DNA of 64,000 nucleotides from a bacterium (GCA_963681965.1 OY820579.1:1728001-1792000), one strand, 5' to 3'; shown: positions 43,901 to 54,819, counted from the stretch's first letter. A program made the numbers and translations. Notes: generated from the letters alone by a model not told the origin.

Positions 43901-43940
43901 CCATTATTTAATCGATTTGGATTACCCAGGAGTGTAACGA

Positions 43941-44579
43941 ATGGCAAGATATAGTGGTCCGGTATGCCGGATCTGCCGCCGTGAGGGAGAAAAACTATAT
44001 CTGAAGGGCGAGCGTTGCCTGACACCGAAGTGCGCATTCGAGCGGAAGGGATTTATTCCCGGTATGCACGGTCGCACACGTCGTGGCAAGCTGTCCGAGT
44101 ATGGGATTCAGCTGCGCGAAAAACAGAAGATCCGGCGGATGTACGGATTGCTGGAAGCACAGTTTCACGCTTTCTACGAGAAAGCGTTGGCGATGCCCGG
44201 CATCACCGCGTCGAATCTCATGGTTTTACTCGAATCGCGTCTTGACAATATCGTCTATCGGATGGGCTTTGCCTCGTCCCGGGCTGCGGCTCGTCAATTA
44301 GTGCGACACGGTCATTTTTCGGTCAATGGCAAACGGGTGGATATTCCATCGTACCGTTTATCGACCAACGATATAATCCGTGTTTCCGAAAACGAGCGAT
44401 CGCGAAAATTGCCGGCGATTCACGAGGCAATGAAGCGTGTCAATGTGTCCCGGCTGCCTACTTACGTTTCGCTTGATAAAGCGAAAATGGAAGGCACCTT
44501 TACCAAGCCGGAACGCACAGACATCCCCGAAACGATGAAATTGCGCGAACAGATGGTTGTGGAATTGTATTCCAAGTAA
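43941..44579 (+). CDS. rpsD: 30S ribosomal protein S4 (Cys/Zn type)
   Basis: CRICRRE...C...C, QLREKQK, VVELYSK. Confidence 0.98.
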   Translation: MARYSGPVCRICRREGEKLYLKGERCLTPKCAFERKGFIPGMHGRTRRGKLSEYGIQLREKQKIRRMYGLLEAQFHAFYEKALAMPGITASNLMVLLESRLDNIVYRMGFASSRAAARQLVRHGHFSVNGKRVDIPSYRLSTNDIIRVSENERSRKLPAIHEAMKRVNVSRLPTYVSLDKAKMEGTFTKPERTDIPETMKLREQMVVELYSK

Positions 44580-44612
44580 TTTTCCAATCGCGAACTTAGC
44601 AACGAGGAACGA

Positions 44613-45599
44613 ATGAACGGACCGGGTTTAGTAATGCCGGAGCAGGTCGAACTTGACGAAACCAGTTATTCGTCGACGTTCGGTCGCTTCATCATTCAGC
44701 CCTTGGAACGCGGATACGGCGTAACGCTGGGGAACTCGCTTCGCCGAATGCTGCTCTCGTCAATTCCGGGTGCTGCGATTACGGCGATTCGAATCGACGG
44801 TGTGTTGCACGAATTTTCGACGATTCCGGGTGTAGCCGAAGATGTCGCAGAGATCGTGCTCAATCTGAAGCAGGTAAGGTTCAAGCTGTTGAACAAGAAG
44901 CCCGACCGGGTGGAATTGCAACTGCGTGGACCGGGTGTCTTCACTGCCGCCGATCTTCAACAGGGAACGACGGATTTCGAAGTATTGAATCCCGAACTTC
45001 ATATTGCGACTTTGAACGATCGCGCACGATTCGGAATTGAAATCACCATTCGACGCGGTCGCGGATATATCGCTGCCGAAGACAATCGGATGCAGGATAC
45101 GCCAATTGGCATGATCCCGATCGATTCCGTCTTCACGCCGATTCGCAATGTTGTTTACAAAGTCGAACAAACGCGCGTGGGTCAGCGCACCGATTACGAT
45201 AAGCTTATTCTCGAAGTGACAACCGACGGTTCGATCACTCCCGACGATGCAATATCGTACGCTGCGCAGTCGATGATGGATCACTTGCGGTTGTTTGTCG
45301 CATTCGATGTCGCGAATAAACCCGACGACAGCGATTTCGACGACGAAACTTTGCGAATTCGCAAAATATTAAAGAAACCGATCGAAGTATTGGAAATGCC
45401 GATTCGCGCTGCCAACTGTCTGCGTGAAATGCGAATCCGTACGATTGCCGACTTGGTTCGACGCGAAGAAGACGATCTGATGCGCGCACGGAATTTCGGT
45501 CGGAAGACTCTCGAAGAACTCCGCTCAATTCTGAGCAAGGATGGTCTCGAGTTCGGTATGGATGTCGAAAAGTTTCTACCCGAATATCGCTTACGGTAG
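44613..45599 (+). CDS. rpoA: RNA polymerase alpha subunit
   Basis: PLERGYGVTLGNSLRR, NFGRK. Confidence 0.98.
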   Translation: MNGPGLVMPEQVELDETSYSSTFGRFIIQPLERGYGVTLGNSLRRMLLSSIPGAAITAIRIDGVLHEFSTIPGVAEDVAEIVLNLKQVRFKLLNKKPDRVELQLRGPGVFTAADLQQGTTDFEVLNPELHIATLNDRARFGIEITIRRGRGYIAAEDNRMQDTPIGMIPIDSVFTPIRNVVYKVEQTRVGQRTDYDKLILEVTTDGSITPDDAISYAAQSMMDHLRLFVAFDVANKPDDSDFDDETLRIRKILKKPIEVLEMPIRAANCLREMRIRTIADLVRREEDDLMRARNFGRKTLEELRSILSKDGLEFGMDVEKFLPEYRLR

Positions 45600-45672
45600 A
45601 TCGGCAAACGTTTTCTTAGATTGACGAACCGGGCTGTACTTGATCCCGGATTACGGATAAAGGTTAGTTATC

Positions 45673-46254
45673 ATGCGACACCTGAATGCGAAAGCATATT
45701 TGAACCGGTCGAAATCCCATCGCCGTGCATTAATGATGAATCTTGCTTTTGCGCTGTTCGAGCGCAAGCGCATCACCACTACTCTGGCAAAAGCCCGAGC
45801 GGCGCGTAGTTATGCCGAACGATTGATTACAAAAGCGCGGAAAGGCGATTTGGCTTCGCGACGATTGGTTCTGGCGGAAATTCCCAACAAGGAACTCGTC
45901 AAACATTTGTTCGAAGAGATTGCACCGCGATTCAAAGATCGTCCCGGCGGCTACACTAGAATCATCAAACTTGAAGTTCGTCCCGGCGATGCAGCACCGA
46001 TGGCGTATCTGGAATTGGTTGGCTACGATGAAGAAATCATGAAAGCCATTCAAGAACGTCTCGATGCCAAGGAAAAGATCAAGCAGGAAGAGAAGAAACC
46101 CGCGATGGCTCGTGGAAAAGTCGACAAATCGAAAGTCGAAACTACGTCCGACGTCGAAAAAGCTACTAAGAAGCGCTGGCCGCGAGGCAAGTGGCATCCG
46201 GGAGCCAAGAAGGGGAGTAAAAAGCAAGCATCTCCGTCTGCCGAGTCAAAATAA
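45673..46254 (+). CDS. rplQ: 50S ribosomal protein L17 with about 76-aa C-terminal extension
   Basis: [17 protein letters not shown]. Confidence 0.97.
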   Translation: MRHLNAKAYLNRSKSHRRALMMNLAFALFERKRITTTLAKARAARSYAERLITKARKGDLASRRLVLAEIPNKELVKHLFEEIAPRFKDRPGGYTRIIKLEVRPGDAAPMAYLELVGYDEEIMKAIQERLDAKEKIKQEEKKPAMARGKVDKSKVETTSDVEKATKKRWPRGKWHPGAKKGSKKQASPSAESK

Positions 46255-46277
46255 TTTAATAAGTTACATAGTTAATT

Positions 46278-46305
46278 AAAACAGCCTCTCGAGGCTGTTT
46301 TTTTT
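46278..46305 (+). terminator. Intrinsic terminator ending the ribosomal superoperon
   Basis: AAAACAGCCTC-tc-GAGGCTGTTTT followed by a T-tract. Confidence 0.88.
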
Positions 46306-46391
46306 ATCATTTGTACAACTGCATTTTTTTTGTATATTACCCGTGAAACAATGAATAAAAGTATTGATAAATATTCTCGCACTGGTAATAA

Positions 46392-46742
46392 ATGCCTATA
46401 GAAATGGAAATTAGTGGTATAAAGTTTAATTGTTATCCGCTGTCCGAAGTGGACTTTGTAGACGCGCCTTCGGTCTATATGATTATCAATGTTGAGACGG
46501 ATGGTACCTGGAATGTTCTAGACATCAATGGTACCGGCACTTTCAAGAAGAGAATCTTGAATCATCCGCGACGAACTTTGTGGAAAGATCTCGGTGGACG
46601 TTTCACGAATCTTTGGATCTGTGTTGCGGTTTTAGATCCCATTTTATACTCTCGAGATGTTCGAGTCGATTTCGAAAAATCGTTAATCGAATTCTACAAT
46701 CCTCCGTGTAACCGATTATTTCCTACTCCCGAAGAATTCTGA
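46392..46742 (+). CDS. Hypothetical protein resembling a degenerate GIY-YIG domain
   Basis: Pattern SVYMI...VLDI.GT..FKKRILNH...E.SLIEFYNPPCN. Confidence 0.5.
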   Translation: MPIEMEISGIKFNCYPLSEVDFVDAPSVYMIINVETDGTWNVLDINGTGTFKKRILNHPRRTLWKDLGGRFTNLWICVAVLDPILYSRDVRVDFEKSLIEFYNPPCNRLFPTPEEF

Positions 46743-47031
46743 TTTACTTATCCCTTATCCAATTATTGATCACGATCATCCACTCATTCGTAAATTCGAT
46801 AGTATTCAAACTTCTGTTAGTTTTGATTGGCTTCGATTTGCCAATTTCATACGACTTCCATACGCCCCGGAATCTTGCTAAATTGAGAACTATAGTAATT
46901 CTTGAAAATTAATTGTCACGATATCGGTGTCAGATTTAGCTTAATCCGCAAGCACCCGAGGCAGTCCTTACTATCGATACCAACTGATTTTTAAGAACGA
47001 CTATAATTCAATTTAATGTATTGGAGCGACT

Positions 47032-48693
47032 GTGAATCTCCCCTTGACTTTTCCTCTGCGTGCGCCGCGTGGCTCGCAACTAAATGCGAAAGGCTGGTTG
47101 CAAGAAGCCGCCTTAAGAATGTTACTCAATAATCTTGATCCCGAAGTTGCCGAACGTCCTAACGATCTCGTCGTGTATGGTGGTCGCGGGAAAGCCGCGC
47201 GTTCGATACCGGCATTGAATGCGATTGTTCACGAGTTATTGAATCTCGAATCCGATCAAACGTTGCTGGTTCAATCCGGCAAACCGGTTGGTGTGGTGCA
47301 AACACACCCGGATGCTCCACGTGTCTTGATTGCAAATTCGAATCTAGTTCCCAATTGGTCGACCTGGGCGCATTTCGATGAATTAGACCGCAAAGGTCTG
47401 ATGATGTATGGTCAGATGACGGCAGGATCGTGGATCTATATCGGCACCCAGGGGATTTTGCAAGGGACATACGAAACCTTTGCCGCACAAGCGCGAAAAC
47501 ACTTCGGTGGTACTTTGAAAGGGCGTTGGGTCTTGACAGCAGGACTAGGTGGCATGGGTGGTGCGCAGCCACTGGCTGTGACGATGAACGATGGAGTCGC
47601 ACTTTGTATCGAAGTCGATCAAACGCGCATCGAGCGACGTTTGCAGACCCGATATCTCGATGAAACTGCTCCGAATCTGGATGCTGCCATTGCGCGTGTT
47701 AAACAGGCTGTTGCTGCCGGTGAAGCGGTTTCGATCGGACTGCTCGGCAATGCTGCCGACATCGTTCCGGAACTGTCGAAGCGGGGTTTCATACCCGACA
47801 GCGTTACCGATCAAACCAGTGCACACGATGAATTAAATGGCTACATCCCCAATGGCTTCTCTTTATCCGAAGCAGCAGCATTGCGCATTTCCAATCCAGA
47901 TCAATATCTCAAAGAATCGTTCCGAGCGATGGCAGAGCACTGCAACGGTATTCTATCATTGATGGATAAGGGTGCGATCGCTTTTGATTACGGCAATAAC
48001 TTGCGTGCGAAGGCAAAGCAGGGTGGTTGCGAACGGGCATTCGATTATCCCGGTTTTGTTCCTGCTTACATTCGACCGCTGTTTTGCGAAGGGAAGGGAC
48101 CGTTCCGTTGGGCAGCACTATCCGGAGATCCAGCCGATATCGCGACAACGGATCGAGCCGTGAGTGAGCTGTTTCCCGAAAATGAAAGTATGCAGCGTTG
48201 GATCAAATTGGCGCAAGAACGTGTCGCTTGGCAAGGGTTGCCATCGCGCATCTGCTGGCTTGGTTACAAAGAACGTCACTTAGCCGGTTTGAAATTCAAT
48301 GAATTGGTTGCAACCGGCAAAGTATCGGCACCGATCGTGATTGGTCGCGATCATCTCGATTGTGGTAGTGTCGCATCACCCTTCCGCGAAACCGAAGCGA
48401 TGAAAGACGGCAGCGACGCAGTTTCCGATTGGGCACTGTTGAATGCGCTGGTCAATACAGCATCCGGTGCAACTTGGGTTAGTTTCCATCATGGTGGTGG
48501 TGTTGGTATGGGCTTCAGTCAACATGCCGGACAGGTAATCGTTGCCGATGGTACGCCGGAAGCAGCAAAGCGACTGGAGCGAGTTCTGACCAACGATCCA
48601 TTGATGGGTGTGTTGCGTCATGTCGATGCTGGCTATGACGAAGCAATCGCCTGTGCAAAGAAATTCGATGTGAATATCCCGATGGCGAAATAG
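47032..48693 (+). CDS. hutU: Urocanate hydratase
   Basis: [34 protein letters not shown]. Confidence 0.97.
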   Translation: MNLPLTFPLRAPRGSQLNAKGWLQEAALRMLLNNLDPEVAERPNDLVVYGGRGKAARSIPALNAIVHELLNLESDQTLLVQSGKPVGVVQTHPDAPRVLIANSNLVPNWSTWAHFDELDRKGLMMYGQMTAGSWIYIGTQGILQGTYETFAAQARKHFGGTLKGRWVLTAGLGGMGGAQPLAVTMNDGVALCIEVDQTRIERRLQTRYLDETAPNLDAAIARVKQAVAAGEAVSIGLLGNAADIVPELSKRGFIPDSVTDQTSAHDELNGYIPNGFSLSEAAALRISNPDQYLKESFRAMAEHCNGILSLMDKGAIAFDYGNNLRAKAKQGGCERAFDYPGFVPAYIRPLFCEGKGPFRWAALSGDPADIATTDRAVSELFPENESMQRWIKLAQERVAWQGLPSRICWLGYKERHLAGLKFNELVATGKVSAPIVIGRDHLDCGSVASPFRETEAMKDGSDAVSDWALLNALVNTASGATWVSFHHGGGVGMGFSQHAGQVIVADGTPEAAKRLERVLTNDPLMGVLRHVDAGYDEAIACAKKFDVNIPMAK

Positions 48694-48696
48694 CTC

Positions 48697-49170
48697 ATGA
48701 TGCGACGCGGAGCACCAGGACCACAGTTACCGGGCGATCAGCAAACACTGAAAATCCTATTCGACCAATTTCCGGTCGACACCAAGGGTGATACGGATAT
48801 TATCGATGTCACCTTCGATGTACAACGGCTCGTCCAAAAAGCGGGTGTCATTTACGGAATGGCGAATGTATTTGTCGGTGGTTCCACCGCCGCAATCACT
48901 ACGATTGAATTTGAACCGGGATTGATCAAGGATTTTAAAACCGCACTCGAGCGAATCTACCCGAAGAACATTCCCTATTCGCACGATGCCGCGTGGGGTG
49001 ATGAAAACGGGTATGCTCACGTTCGTGCAAGTATGATCGGTGCTTCGATTTCGATCCCGATCCATCACGGGAAAATGGTGTTAGGCACTTGGCAGCAAAT
49101 TGTGGTCATCGATTTCGACAATCGTCCGCGACGCCGCGAAATCATTGTCCAATCGGTAGGTGTGGGTTGA
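48697..49170 (+). CDS. yjbQ: YjbQ/UPF0047 family protein
   Basis: STAAITTIE, AHVRAS, LGTWQQI..DFD. Confidence 0.88.
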   Translation: MMRRGAPGPQLPGDQQTLKILFDQFPVDTKGDTDIIDVTFDVQRLVQKAGVIYGMANVFVGGSTAAITTIEFEPGLIKDFKTALERIYPKNIPYSHDAAWGDENGYAHVRASMIGASISIPIHHGKMVLGTWQQIVVIDFDNRPRRREIIVQSVGVG

Positions 49171-49314
49171 TAAATTCCCGTTATAGAACATTGATCTTTA
49201 GCCTGAAATTGGCATTTTGAATGGTACATTCATCCGTGTCTGATCGGGACTATATTTCAAGCTTTCCCATGACCAGAACAATGAATGACCGATAACGACT
49301 GTACTGGAGGAGTT

Positions 49315-50943
49315 GTGAGTACCGCACAAGAGAACTGGAAAAAGAAAGTTCTCAAAGAAATCAGCAAGAAGCCGGAACGCAAGGAAAAGTTTGAACTGGA
49401 CTCCGGTATTGAAGTAGATCGTCTGTATTTTCCGAAAGCGACCGACGAACAATACGAAGAAAAACTCGGTTATCCCGGCGAATATCCTTATACCCGTGGC
49501 GTCTATCCGACGATGTACCGGGGTAAGCTTTGGACGATGCGGCAATATGCCGGATTTGCCACTGCCGAGGAATCGAACAAGCGCTACCGGATGTTGCTCG
49601 ATAAAGGTACAACCGGATTATCCGTCGCATTCGATCTGCCCACGCAGATGGGTTACGACAGCGATCATCCGATGGCTCGCGGTGAAGTTGGAAAAGTAGG
49701 CGTTGCAATCGACACGCTCGCTGATATGGAAACGTTGTTCGATAACATCCCATTGGAAAAAGTATCGACCTCGATGACGATCAATGCTACCGCCGCAATC
49801 CTATTGGCAATGTATTGCGCTGTCGCAAAGAAGCAGGGTGCCGATTTAAAGAAGCTCTCCGGAACGATTCAGAACGACCTACTCAAAGAGTATATCGCTC
49901 GCGGAACCTATATCTATCCTCCAGCGGCATCGATGAAGATCATCACCGATATTTTCGCATGGTGTGCCAGTGAAGTACCGTCCTGGAATACCATTTCCAT
50001 TTCCGGTTACCATATCCGCGAAGCCGGTTCTACCGCGGTTCAGGAAGTAGCATTCACACTGGCAAATGCGATCGCATATGTCGAATCGGCAATTGCCGCC
50101 GGACTCGATATCGATGATTTTGCCCCGCGACTGGCATTCTTCTTCAATGCGCACAATAACCTCTTCGAAGAAGTCGCGAAATTCCGGGCTGCGCGACGGT
50201 TGTATGCTAAAATCATGCGCGAGCGGTTTGGTTCGAAGTCGGAGAAATCCTGGACACTCCGCTTCCACACGCAGACTGCAGGCTGTACACTGCAAGCACA
50301 ACAACCCTACGTAAACCTGCTGCGAGTGACGGTTCAAGCTCTGTCAGCGGTTCTAGGCGGAACACAATCATTGCACACCAACAGTTTCGATGAAGCCTTG
50401 GCACTACCCACCGATGAAAGTGTGACGCTTGCACTCCGAACTCAACAAGTACTCGGATATGAGTCCGGTGTGACGGAGACCATTGACCCATTGGCAGGGA
50501 GTTACTATGTTGAAGCGTTAACCGATGAGATTGAACGGAGAGCTGCCGAATATATCAAGAAGATCGATGAGATGGGTGGATCGGTAAAAGCAATCGAACG
50601 CGGTTTCTTCCAAGACGAAATTGCGACCGCATCTTACGCATATCAACAAGCAATCGAACACAATGAGAAAATTGTCGTTGGCGTAAATCAGTATCGAGAG
50701 AAAGAACGCGCCTTGCCACCGGTTCTGAAAGTAACCGAAGAGCAGGAACTTCGACAGGTGGATCGTTGCAAGCAGACCAAAACAACACGCGATAACAACG
50801 CTGTAACCGAACGATTAGCGAAGATATCGCAAGTCGCGTTAACTGATGAAAACATTATTCCGCACATTGTCGCAGCAGTGGAAGTATACGCATCGGTCGG
50901 TGAAATATCTGACGCGCTTAGAAAAGTCTACGGGGAGTATTGA
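49315..50943 (+). CDS. Methylmalonyl-CoA mutase substrate-binding subunit (no B12-binding domain)
   Basis: [46 protein letters not shown]; GTG follows GGAGG. Confidence 0.92.
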   Translation: MSTAQENWKKKVLKEISKKPERKEKFELDSGIEVDRLYFPKATDEQYEEKLGYPGEYPYTRGVYPTMYRGKLWTMRQYAGFATAEESNKRYRMLLDKGTTGLSVAFDLPTQMGYDSDHPMARGEVGKVGVAIDTLADMETLFDNIPLEKVSTSMTINATAAILLAMYCAVAKKQGADLKKLSGTIQNDLLKEYIARGTYIYPPAASMKIITDIFAWCASEVPSWNTISISGYHIREAGSTAVQEVAFTLANAIAYVESAIAAGLDIDDFAPRLAFFFNAHNNLFEEVAKFRAARRLYAKIMRERFGSKSEKSWTLRFHTQTAGCTLQAQQPYVNLLRVTVQALSAVLGGTQSLHTNSFDEALALPTDESVTLALRTQQVLGYESGVTETIDPLAGSYYVEALTDEIERRAAEYIKKIDEMGGSVKAIERGFFQDEIATASYAYQQAIEHNEKIVVGVNQYREKERALPPVLKVTEEQELRQVDRCKQTKTTRDNNAVTERLAKISQVALTDENIIPHIVAAVEVYASVGEISDALRKVYGEY

Positions 50944-51791
50944 TGCAAACATCGACCGGTCTCACTGTTACCACTCCCAATCTGAGTGAAACGGTACTGG
51001 GTGCAACCGAACAGCAATGGATGGGATCATTGCGCGAAGAATACGATAGTATCGATTCGACGCAACTTCGGGCAGTAGATTTACTTCGTAACGGTGTAAT
51101 CGGTGCGGTGGTCACATCGCGAAAGCAAACTGAAGGGCGCGGTCGGATGGGGCGATCGTTCTGGTCGCCCGATTCGATCGGGTTGTATGTCTCAGTCACA
51201 CTTCCACCACCGAAAATTAAAGAACGATTCCCACTCTTATCGTTATGGGCGGGTGTCACTACTTTACGAGCAGTACGTGAAGGTGGTGTGATTCTTAGTT
51301 CCATTCCGATTAATCTGACGAAACGTCTGTCGTTGAAATGGCCCAACGATGTCCTTCTCGATGGTCGGAAGTTAGCCGGTATTCTGTTGACCGGAGTATC
51401 TGCCGGATCCGATATGGTTGGTGCTGTGCTCGGTATCGGTATCAATTTAAATGTCGATAAAACACAATTTCCCGAAGAAATCCGATCGACTGCGACGTCG
51501 ATAAAAATGGCAACCGGACATGAATGGGATCGCTTGCTCTTTCTTTCGCACCTACTTACAGTCATCGAGCGAATGTGGAATCAGCTCAATGAACCTCCCG
51601 ATCAATTATTAGCTGAATGGTTGCGATGGGGTCCACAAATTGGTCAGTCACTATCGGTTCGCGATATTGATAAATATCTTGAAGGGAAATTTGCCGGATT
51701 AACTTGCTCCGGAGAATTGGTGCTCGAACTAGCGGATGGTAGTAAACGGAATATAATGTCGGGTATCGTTGAATACTTGGAATTCGAGTAA
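50943..51791 (+). CDS. birA: Biotin--protein ligase without HTH
   Basis: QTEGRGRMGR, KWPND, KLAGIL, GIGIN. Confidence 0.92.
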   Translation: MQTSTGLTVTTPNLSETVLGATEQQWMGSLREEYDSIDSTQLRAVDLLRNGVIGAVVTSRKQTEGRGRMGRSFWSPDSIGLYVSVTLPPPKIKERFPLLSLWAGVTTLRAVREGGVILSSIPINLTKRLSLKWPNDVLLDGRKLAGILLTGVSAGSDMVGAVLGIGINLNVDKTQFPEEIRSTATSIKMATGHEWDRLLFLSHLLTVIERMWNQLNEPPDQLLAEWLRWGPQIGQSLSVRDIDKYLEGKFAGLTCSGELVLELADGSKRNIMSGIVEYLEFE

Positions 51792-51794
51792 GCG

Positions 51795-52559
51795 ATGAGT
51801 TTTCTGGCAATCGATATCGGCAATACGAATATTACCTTCGGAATTCTCGAAGCAGGTAATTCAGTCGCGGAAGCACGCATTGCAACCAAAACACCGCGAA
51901 CCTCCGATGAAATTCGCTGGCAACTGAATCATTTCCTGCACGATTTCGAAAGCAGCAGTAAGATCGAAGCGGCGGGCATTGCCTCAGTAGTCTTTGATAA
52001 AACTCCACTCGTTCATCGTGCTGTCCAAGACGCTCTGCCTGAGATCCAGTGCGATATCGTCGGTAAAACCGTCTTCCCGAAAATCACGATTACTTATGAT
52101 CCCCCATCGGCGGTCGGTGTTGACCGGTTGTGCAATGTCATTGCCGGTATGCGACGGTGGGGAACACCACTCATCATCGTCGATTTTGGCACGGCTACTA
52201 CGATCGATGCAGTTGATTCTGAAGGTATCTATCTTGGTGGCGCAATAGCACCCGGAATCGAGACATCGTTACAAGCGCTCGCACTAAATGCCGCACAATT
52301 GTATTCGATCGCGCTAGAGTTGCCACCATCACCGATCGGTCGCAATACCGCCGATGCGATGCGGAGTGGGTTGTTATGGGGAGCGCTGGGAGCTGTCGAT
52401 AGTCTGGCGATGAAATTCGCAATGGAAATTGGTGGAGCGCCACGGGTTGTAGCAACCGGCGGGCTGGCACCGATTCTATGCCCACATTCATTAATTATTT
52501 CGGAATATGTGCCCGGATTAGTTTTGGAAGGGATCGAATTGATCTGCCGGGAAAACTGA
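51795..52559 (+). CDS. coaX: Type III pantothenate kinase
   Basis: IDIGNT, GVDR, VDFGTATT, GGAIAPG, ATGG. Confidence 0.95.
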   Translation: MSFLAIDIGNTNITFGILEAGNSVAEARIATKTPRTSDEIRWQLNHFLHDFESSSKIEAAGIASVVFDKTPLVHRAVQDALPEIQCDIVGKTVFPKITITYDPPSAVGVDRLCNVIAGMRRWGTPLIIVDFGTATTIDAVDSEGIYLGGAIAPGIETSLQALALNAAQLYSIALELPPSPIGRNTADAMRSGLLWGALGAVDSLAMKFAMEIGGAPRVVATGGLAPILCPHSLIISEYVPGLVLEGIELICREN

Positions 52560-52581
52560 CTATGCAAATGTTTGTACTGAA

Positions 52582-54114
52582 GTGAAACAACCATCATCCA
52601 TCTTCTACGCTGTTCTAATATTCCTGAGTTCGATTGCTGGACTTTCACGAGCACAAATTGTGAAAAACCCGTATCCTGAGAAACCGACAGGGGCGCCTGT
52701 CGAAGTGGTCTATCCGCGTGAAAAAAATGTCGACGGAAAAGTCTGGTTGCGCAAGGGTATTGATTCGACTTTTTTACTGGGAAATGTTGCCGACCCGATT
52801 CATGCTAAATTGACTATTAACGGTCATCCAGTTACAGTTGATAGCAGCGGTGGGTGGCTTGTCTGGTTGAAATGCCCGTCACGGTACGATGATTTTGTTT
52901 GGCAGATTCAGGTCGAAACCCCCAAAGATACTTTTCGTTTAGTGCTACCCGTTGAGCGCTCCTTACCTCCGGCAGTGTTGCCGTTACATTTTTTTCCGAA
53001 ACCGTTTTGGGTTAAAACAAATGCCGATGCCCGCTTTCGAAATTCACCCCAAGGGAAGAACATCCTACTTCCAATGGCCGGAACACCGATTAAAATTCTC
53101 GCTCAGCAAGGGACAAACTATTCGGCAAAACTTCCCGATGGGAAAGTCATTTGGGTCGATTCCGCACGAGTCACTCCAATTCCACGGCCTGTAAATCCAG
53201 TAGCAATCCGAAAAATTGTGTCCACATATTTCCCTTCCTCACGCGAAACGCGGATAACGCTCCAACTAGGTTACCCAACACCTTATCGAATTCATTGGGC
53301 TGGCGATAGTTCCCGGATGGAAATCGAATTCCTCCGCTGTAATCTAGCTACAACTCCTCAAGTTGTACTGGACTCTGTTGGTTCCGTTTCGTCAATTGCG
53401 GTGAAAACGGCAAAATCAAAGTCTTCTTTGTGGATTGATTTTCGACCGAATACGTTTCTAATCGGTTATCATCTCTTTGCAGATAGTGCCGATTTACACA
53501 TAGTACTCCGGGAAGCACCACCCAAACCAGTCGAACACAGTAAGCCATTGATTGGTTGGAAAATCGTAGTTGACCCCGGTCATGGTGGATCGGAATTCGG
53601 AGCGATTGGACCGACATGGCTCTACGAGAAATCGGTCAATCTTGAGGTCGCAACCCGATTAACGGCGTTTTTGCGCGAAGCGGGAGCAATGGTTACACAG
53701 ACACGTGTGACCGATACCACGCTTGCACTGACCGAGCGGGTCGCTGCTGCCGAGGGGAGTAACGCCGATTTGCTGATCTCGGTGCATCAAAATGCCTTAC
53801 CTGACGATGAAAATCCGTGGGATAGCACGGGATCGTCGGTCTATTATTTTCACCCACAAGCTTTTGGTCTTGCACAAGTGCTTTATCGGAACTTGATTGA
53901 TAGTCTTGCATTACCCGAAAGAGGGGTGTATGTTGGAGACTTTGCAATCTGCCGTTCCCATCGACAACTTTCAGTATTGACCGAAGCAACCTATATTATC
54001 CGACCCGATCAGGAACGGAAACTGCATGATCCGATTTTTTTAACGAAACAGGCAACCGCTATCGGTCATGCAATCGTACAATATGTTACCGAACATTCGA
54101 ATCGGTTGAAGTGA
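52582..54114 (+). CDS. Secreted N-acetylmuramoyl-L-alanine amidase (Amidase_3) with long N-terminal beta region
   Basis: Signal peptide; VDPGHGG, EK.VNL, ISVHQNA and VLTE Zn motifs. Confidence 0.88.
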   Translation: MKQPSSIFYAVLIFLSSIAGLSRAQIVKNPYPEKPTGAPVEVVYPREKNVDGKVWLRKGIDSTFLLGNVADPIHAKLTINGHPVTVDSSGGWLVWLKCPSRYDDFVWQIQVETPKDTFRLVLPVERSLPPAVLPLHFFPKPFWVKTNADARFRNSPQGKNILLPMAGTPIKILAQQGTNYSAKLPDGKVIWVDSARVTPIPRPVNPVAIRKIVSTYFPSSRETRITLQLGYPTPYRIHWAGDSSRMEIEFLRCNLATTPQVVLDSVGSVSSIAVKTAKSKSSLWIDFRPNTFLIGYHLFADSADLHIVLREAPPKPVEHSKPLIGWKIVVDPGHGGSEFGAIGPTWLYEKSVNLEVATRLTAFLREAGAMVTQTRVTDTTLALTERVAAAEGSNADLLISVHQNALPDDENPWDSTGSSVYYFHPQAFGLAQVLYRNLIDSLALPERGVYVGDFAICRSHRQLSVLTEATYIIRPDQERKLHDPIFLTKQATAIGHAIVQYVTEHSNRLK

Positions 54115-54128
54115 ATCTTTGGAGAATT

Positions 54129-54605
54129 ATGACCAGCAAATCTATTCCGATGAGTGCCAGTGGCATAAAAAAAATCGAGCGTGATCTATACGATTTGGTC
54201 GAAGTGCGACGCCCGGATATGTTACGCAGTTTACAAGAAGCGCGAGAAAAAGGCGACTTGTCGGAAAATGCAGAGTATGCGGCTGCCCGTGAAGGACTAA
54301 CTCAAATCGATATGCAGATCGGCAAGCTGCAACGATTACTATCCGCGGTAGTTCCGGTTGACGAAAACGATATCCCCACCGATCGGGTCGGATTGATGAC
54401 CGTTGTGACACTCCGGAACTTAAAAACGGACAAGGAAGTTCAATATCGTGTAGTTTCAGGTGAAGAAGCCGATCCGCGAGCGGGAAAAATTTCCTCTTCT
54501 TCGCCAGTCGGGAAAGCGTTATTGGATAAAGTTATCGGTGACGTTGTAGAAGTAGAAGTACCGGCAGGAATCGTTAAATACCGTATCGATGAGATTGGAA
54601 AATGA
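54129..54605 (+). CDS. greA: Transcription elongation factor GreA
   Basis: GDLSENAEY, ISSSSPVGKAL. Confidence 0.95.
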   Translation: MTSKSIPMSASGIKKIERDLYDLVEVRRPDMLRSLQEAREKGDLSENAEYAAAREGLTQIDMQIGKLQRLLSAVVPVDENDIPTDRVGLMTVVTLRNLKTDKEVQYRVVSGEEADPRAGKISSSSPVGKALLDKVIGDVVEVEVPAGIVKYRIDEIGK

Positions 54606-54817
54606 GTCATAACTATATAATTCCCCAGAAATGTTATCGAAGTCGGCATGATCGGGTACTATTCGGAGTATGCGGTGGAATCGCCGAGTATTATGGTCTG
54701 GATCCTGTTCTAGTTCGTCTCGTGTTTTCGATTTTCTTCTTCATTTTCTGGATTGGATTGATTGTCTATTTGATTGGTTTGTTCGTGTATCCTGTCGAAC
54801 CAAAACCGGAGAAGTAA
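54602..54817 (+). CDS. pspC: PspC-domain protein
   Basis: YRSRHDRVLFGVCGGIAEYYGLDPVLVRL plus TM helix. Confidence 0.88.
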   Translation: MSHNYIIPQKCYRSRHDRVLFGVCGGIAEYYGLDPVLVRLVFSIFFFIFWIGLIVYLIGLFVYPVEPKPEK

Positions 54818-54819
54818 CG

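Noticed and set aside
49315-50943. Isobutyryl-CoA mutase (IcmA) assignment
   Set aside because: The specificity positions are Tyr/Arg (methylmalonyl-CoA type), not Phe/Gln.
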